Virus record (IMG/VR): IMGVR_UViG_3300032053_000078
Span: 1 to 60,386 of that record
Direction: 5' to 3' (one strand)
DNA from: a virus
Taxonomy: Duplodnaviria; Caudoviricetes
DNA length: 60,386 nt
Shown one piece after another: positions 56,422 to 60,386 of this stretch (position 1 is its first letter; the number at the start of each line of letters is the position of its first letter). Position numbers and translations under genes: made by a program. The notes beneath the pieces are model-generated. The model was not told the DNA's origin. It searched no databases and saw only the letters and a list, made by a program, of their open reading frames with translations.

Positions 56422-57642
56422 TTATCCGGCGAGCTTGACCGCCAACTCCAACACGTCGAGGGCGGCGTCCTCGAACTCCGCAGCACGATCAGGGTCAGAC
56501 ACACGCTGAGCTGCCGACGTGACCGCCTGCATCAGACCGCCAGCGGTGGACTGACCACCAGAGATGAAGTCGGCGAGGATGAGATCCTGCTCGGACTGGC
56601 TGAAACCGAACTGCTTGGCGACCCGCTCCAGAGTGTCGGTCGGGTTAGTGACTCGCACCCCCGCCTTCACCTCCATCTCGGCCACCTTGGCGTCGACGTA
56701 CTCCTTCGAGCAGAACGACCGGACAGCGTCGGCGGCCTGAGATGAGATCAGCTCCGCGCTGCGACGCTGCGTCTCCCCGGACCACGACACCGCGCCTTCG
56801 TCGAGCTTCGCCCCGAGATGCACACCTCGCAACGCGTCAGCTTTGATCGTGAGACCGTTCCGGCAAGCGAGGACCGTGAGCTGCGGCGTGATCGACCACG
56901 AGCCGTTCCCCGTCTCGGAGTTGCCGATCACGAACCCGGCGAACACCGTCGGGCGGTCATCGGGGCGCAGCCACCCGTGGGACTCCAACGCCAACGCCCG
57001 CTCCGGGGTGGTGTCGTCGAACGGCGACCGGTAGTTGTTCAGCAGGATCGGGGCGAGCGCCGCGATTTCAGGGCACGCGACCTTGACCCGCATCCGACGT
57101 TCCGACAGGTCGACTCCGACGACGTCGAGGTTGACCCCGGCCTCGCGGGCACCAGCGAGAGCCGCGAGCAGGAAGTCGAGGTTGTCGTACGCCGCGAACC
57201 CGTTGGACAGGAACGCCCGGGCCATCCCTTCGCCTCCTTCGGGGGAGAGGAACCCGCGAATCAGGTACTTGCGTTCCGGGTCTGCGTTGAGCCAAGTGTT
57301 GACGTTGGCGTCGAGGAGGCTGGCGTACGGGTTCTCGTCAAGGAAGCTGCCAGCGATGGCTTCGGAGCGCATCCGGCGGAGGTACTTGATGGGGATACCC
57401 AACCGGTCGGCGATGCCGGAGTCGAACACGTCTGTCGGTCGGAGCACCGCGTCACCGTCAGCGACCCCGGCTTCGGTGATGATCTTGTCGCCCGCTCCGT
57501 CGATGACGAGGCTCCCGTCCTTGAACGAGAGGCGGCTGGCTGTGGCGACGTGGTCGAAGCGGAGATCCTGTTGGGATTTCAGCGTCTCGACGAGATCCCC
57601 GAGTGATGCGTTGCGGAGGGTTGTGGTGACTGTGGTTGACAT
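56422..57642 (-). CDS. DUF932-like protein
   Basis: LRNASL.DLV..L..Q, IADRLGIP..Y, ARAFLS, FAGFVI.NSETG.G...I.P...VL.C.NG motifs; AAAGAGCACCACC-ATG start. Confidence 0.75.
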   Translation of the reverse strand: MSTTVTTTLRNASLGDLVETLKSQQDLRFDHVATASRLSFKDGSLVIDGAGDKIITEAGVADGDAVLRPTDVFDSGIADRLGIPIKYLRRMRSEAIAGSFLDENPYASLLDANVNTWLNADPERKYLIRGFLSPEGGEGMARAFLSNGFAAYDNLDFLLAALAGAREAGVNLDVVGVDLSERRMRVKVACPEIAALAPILLNNYRSPFDDTTPERALALESHGWLRPDDRPTVFAGFVIGNSETGNGSWSITPQLTVLACRNGLTIKADALRGVHLGAKLDEGAVSWSGETQRRSAELISSQAADAVRSFCSKEYVDAKVAEMEVKAGVRVTNPTDTLERVAKQFGFSQSEQDLILADFISGGQSTAGGLMQAVTSAAQRVSDPDRAAEFEDAALDVLELAVKLAG

Positions 57643-57673
57643 GGTGGTGCTCTTTCGTTTGTGGATTGACGTC

Positions 57674-57702
57674 AAGATACCGCATAGTTGAACGATACGC
57701 AA
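57674..57702 (-). promoter_or_regulatory. sigma-A-like early promoter
   Basis: TTGCGT-17 nt-TATCTT. Confidence 0.75.
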
Positions 57703-57718
57703 CCTCGGGTTGAGGATT

Positions 57719-58336
57719 TCACACCATTTCGGCCAGAGCCTCAGCCAACTCCCACTTCCGTTCCCCCTCCGGGGCAGATCCGACCGCTTCCACCAACGCT
57801 GCAACCAACGCCGGAAGCTCCGCCCACGACGCCCTCGGCAGATCCGACTCGCGGTTCCACGGGCGGTCCAACAGAATCCCCGACCCGTCGCCGTAATCCT
57901 CCAACGCCAACAACGCCGCCGGGTCGTCGTCGATCAACAGATCGCACTCCACCTCCAACTTCGACGTCGGACCAAGCGACACCGACCGCAGCGGCAACAT
58001 CCAGTCCGCCACCCACCCGTACGTCGAGCACACCACCGCCCGCGACGCCGGACGCGACGACACCCCAACCAGATCACACCCCGAGTCGAACAACGCCATC
58101 AACCCCACCACCGCCTCCGGGTACGGCTCCTGCGTCCTGTACCCCTCCGCCACGGCAAACACCGCCAGATGGTCGTGGAACTCGGGAGACGACACACCAG
58201 ACGCCAACCAGAACTCCCTGACGTCAGGTTCGACGTCGAACATCGGGGAACCACCGACCGACGCCCACCACACCGACCACGCACGCGTAAACGGGTACAT
58301 CACCCCATCAAAGTCAAGGGCCACGCACAGTGTCAC
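57719..58336 (-). CDS. HAD-family 5'(3')-deoxyribonucleotidase (NT5C-like)
   Basis: VALDFDGV, VSSR, LLIDD.P and LLDRPWNR motifs. Confidence 0.85.
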   Translation of the reverse strand: MTLCVALDFDGVMYPFTRAWSVWWASVGGSPMFDVEPDVREFWLASGVSSPEFHDHLAVFAVAEGYRTQEPYPEAVVGLMALFDSGCDLVGVSSRPASRAVVCSTYGWVADWMLPLRSVSLGPTSKLEVECDLLIDDDPAALLALEDYGDGSGILLDRPWNRESDLPRASWAELPALVAALVEAVGSAPEGERKWELAEALAEMV

Positions 58337-58372
58337 AGGGCGGGATCGTAGCCTGCGGTCACCGACAAGATT

Positions 58373-58666
58373 TCACAAACAAGCAGGCTCAGCCTTGAAC
58401 GACCGGCACTCGACCACGTTCGGCCCTGAACCCGAACCGATCCACTCCACCGTCCACGCCCCCGACGTCGCCACGTCCACATCGAGATGGAACAACCCGA
58501 CCCCGTCCTGCACCACCACTGGGATCACGTTCGTTGTGATGACCAACGCCGGGTCTTGCACCTTGCACGTCACCACACCCGGGTCGGCAAGCGCCCCCGT
58601 CGACAGATCCGTCGTCGTGAACGACGTCCGAATCCGGGTTCCGGCTGTCACGCTGAACACGCTCAC
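58373..58666 (-). CDS. small virion structural protein (Ig-like beta sandwich)
   Basis: TGALADP..VT..V..P...GVG.FHLD.....GAW..EW.G.G pattern. Confidence 0.55.
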   Translation of the reverse strand: MSVFSVTAGTRIRTSFTTTDLSTGALADPGVVTCKVQDPALVITTNVIPVVVQDGVGLFHLDVDVATSGAWTVEWIGSGSGPNVVECRSFKAEPACL

Positions 58667-60373
58667 CTAACACCTCCCGAAGTCAACAGAACCGGTGTCT
58701 GCGCTGAGGCTAACGGTAGCCGTGTCACCAGTGAAGGTGATGACACCGGTGTCGGCGGTGAACGTCACCGTCGCACAGCCGACCAGCGGCGGCAACGGGT
58801 TCGTGACCACGACGTTGTCGACCAACCCCAACAGGTCGGTCAGGAACACCGCGATTTCGTTGGCGAGCGAATCGGCCAGATCCTCGACGTCGCCGACGAC
58901 CACATCAACCGTTGCGGTGATGTCGTCGAGACCGCCGAGCGGGTCGTCGATACCGATACCGCGCACCGGGAACACCGTGTCGGTGAGACCGTCGGGGTCG
59001 GTGATCGTCACCGACACCGCGACGACCGGGGTGTCGGTGAGGCCGACCCCGTCGACGACGACGACACCAGCGGAGAACGTGGTCCCGTCGACCAGCCCTT
59101 CGAGGTCGCCGACGAACACCCCGACATCAGCGGTGATGACGTCGAGGAGACCTTCGAGGTCGGTGACCGATACCCCGCCCGCGGCGACCGCTACGTCGGT
59201 GAGGCCCAACAGGTCGCCAGCGGTTGTCGCCGCCGCACCCGAAGTTGTGTCCAGCAGCCCTTCGGTGTCCCCGGCGAACAAGTTGACCGACGCCGTCGCC
59301 GTGTCGACGAGGCCCATCAGGTCGTCGATCGTCGCGCCCAACCCTGTGACCGTCGTGATGTCGTCGAGGAGACCTTCGGGGTCGACGATGATGACGTCCA
59401 CCGCTGCGACGATCCCGTCCAACAACCCCAACAGGTCACCAGACGTCGTTCCGGCCGCACTCGAAGTGGAGTCTGTCAGCCCGGAGGTGTCACCAGCGAA
59501 CGCCCCCGCCGCGGCTTCCAAACTGTCGACCAACCCCATCAGGTCGGTGATCGTCGCGCCCAACCCCAGCACCTCGGTCACGTCGTCGAGGAGACCCAAC
59601 AAGTCGGTGATGATGACGTCCACCGCGACAACGATGTTGTCGACGAGACCCAACAGATCACCGACAGTGGTTCCCGCCCCACCGACCATCGAATCCAACA
59701 GCCCCTCAGTGTCGCCAACAACCGCTCCGACCGCGAAGATTTCACTGTCGACCAGTCCGAGCGGGTCGATCGGGATGACGTCCGCCGCGGCGACCGTCGA
59801 ATCGACAAGCCCTTCAAGGTCCGACACGTTCGCTCCAGCAGCAGGAACCAACGGGTCCAACAGCCCCTCGGTGTCACCGACAACCACACCGACGTCGTTG
59901 ATTTCAGAATCGACCAGTCCGAGCGGGTCGATCGGGATGACGTTCGGTGCGGCGACCGTCGAATCCAGCAGCCCTTCGAGGTCGGAGATCAACGCCCCAG
60001 CGTCGGGGGCCAACGGGTCCAACAGCCCTTCGGTGTCACCGACGACAGCGCCGACATCGCTGATTTGAGTGTCGAGCAGCCCTTCGAGGTCGGTGATGAG
60101 CGCCGCCGCCGCGATCGTGACGTCGTCGACCAGCCCTTCGAGGTCGCCGACGGTGGTCCCACCCGAACTCGACGTCGAATCCAGCAGACCTGATGTGTCC
60201 CCAACGAACGACCCGACATCCGCGATGACTTCGTCGAGCAACCCAAGGTTGTCGGTGATCGTCACCAACTGCGCTATGCCGCCACCACCGCCGGTGGTGT
60301 CTTTCAGGAACGTCCCCGAGGACGACACCTTCAAGTTCTGTGGGTTTGGGCCTTTGAGGTACAGGATGGTCAT
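58667..60373 (-). CDS. acidic repeat protein (about 19-20-aa D..GL.D repeats), probable virion fibre or surface protein
   Basis: 568 aa built almost entirely from (V/I)(G/T/S)D(L/T/P)xGL(L/V/T)D units. Confidence 0.75.
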   Translation of the reverse strand: MTILYLKGPNPQNLKVSSSGTFLKDTTGGGGGIAQLVTITDNLGLLDEVIADVGSFVGDTSGLLDSTSSSGGTTVGDLEGLVDDVTIAAAALITDLEGLLDTQISDVGAVVGDTEGLLDPLAPDAGALISDLEGLLDSTVAAPNVIPIDPLGLVDSEINDVGVVVGDTEGLLDPLVPAAGANVSDLEGLVDSTVAAADVIPIDPLGLVDSEIFAVGAVVGDTEGLLDSMVGGAGTTVGDLLGLVDNIVVAVDVIITDLLGLLDDVTEVLGLGATITDLMGLVDSLEAAAGAFAGDTSGLTDSTSSAAGTTSGDLLGLLDGIVAAVDVIIVDPEGLLDDITTVTGLGATIDDLMGLVDTATASVNLFAGDTEGLLDTTSGAAATTAGDLLGLTDVAVAAGGVSVTDLEGLLDVITADVGVFVGDLEGLVDGTTFSAGVVVVDGVGLTDTPVVAVSVTITDPDGLTDTVFPVRGIGIDDPLGGLDDITATVDVVVGDVEDLADSLANEIAVFLTDLLGLVDNVVVTNPLPPLVGCATVTFTADTGVITFTGDTATVSLSADTGSVDFGRC

Positions 60374-60386
60374 GGGATCACCCCGT

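Noticed and set aside
57643-57804. Longest-ORF starts for the DUF932-like gene and other early genes (1195, 1269, 20728, 26410, 55938)
   Set aside because: These extensions run through promoters or the structured RNA; the start-associated sequence marks the downstream ATG
58487-60193. 568-aa and 457-aa plus-strand ORFs
   Set aside because: Shadows of the repeat protein on the minus strand
1-60386. tRNA, integrase, terminase or endolysin genes
   Set aside because: No cloverleaf or diagnostic protein motifs recognised by eye; they may lie outside the window

Overview
This window is a high-GC fragment of a tailed dsDNA phage genome, most likely infecting an Actinomycetota host. Nearly all genes are on the minus strand. 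The virion module resembles cluster-B-type actinobacteriophages: portal, MuF-like head protein, maturation protease, separate hexamer and pentamer capsid proteins, major tail protein, adaptor, terminator, frameshifted tail chaperone, tape measure and minor tail proteins. Small early-gene islands with their own sigma-A-like promoters are interleaved, along with SSB, HIRAN, DNA methyltransferase, HAD nucleotidase and DUF932-like genes. No terminase, endolysin or integrase is recognisable in the window. Three features stand out. (1) About 19 kb between portal and capsid genes encode translationally coupled polyproteins in which 14 copies of an FGGxGSGP(H/Q) tag each introduce a module. The modules include zeta-toxin-like kinase, ADP-ribosyltransferase-like, GNAT, ParB-like and zincin domains, suggesting a modular capsid-cargo or effector system. 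(2) The intein in the MuF gene appears to carry its homing endonuclease (HTH plus DUF559/Vsr-like) on the antisense strand. (3) Two promoter-driven, structured, apparently paralogous non-coding RNAs of about 330 nt. All functional calls come from reading motifs by eye; no database searches were run.
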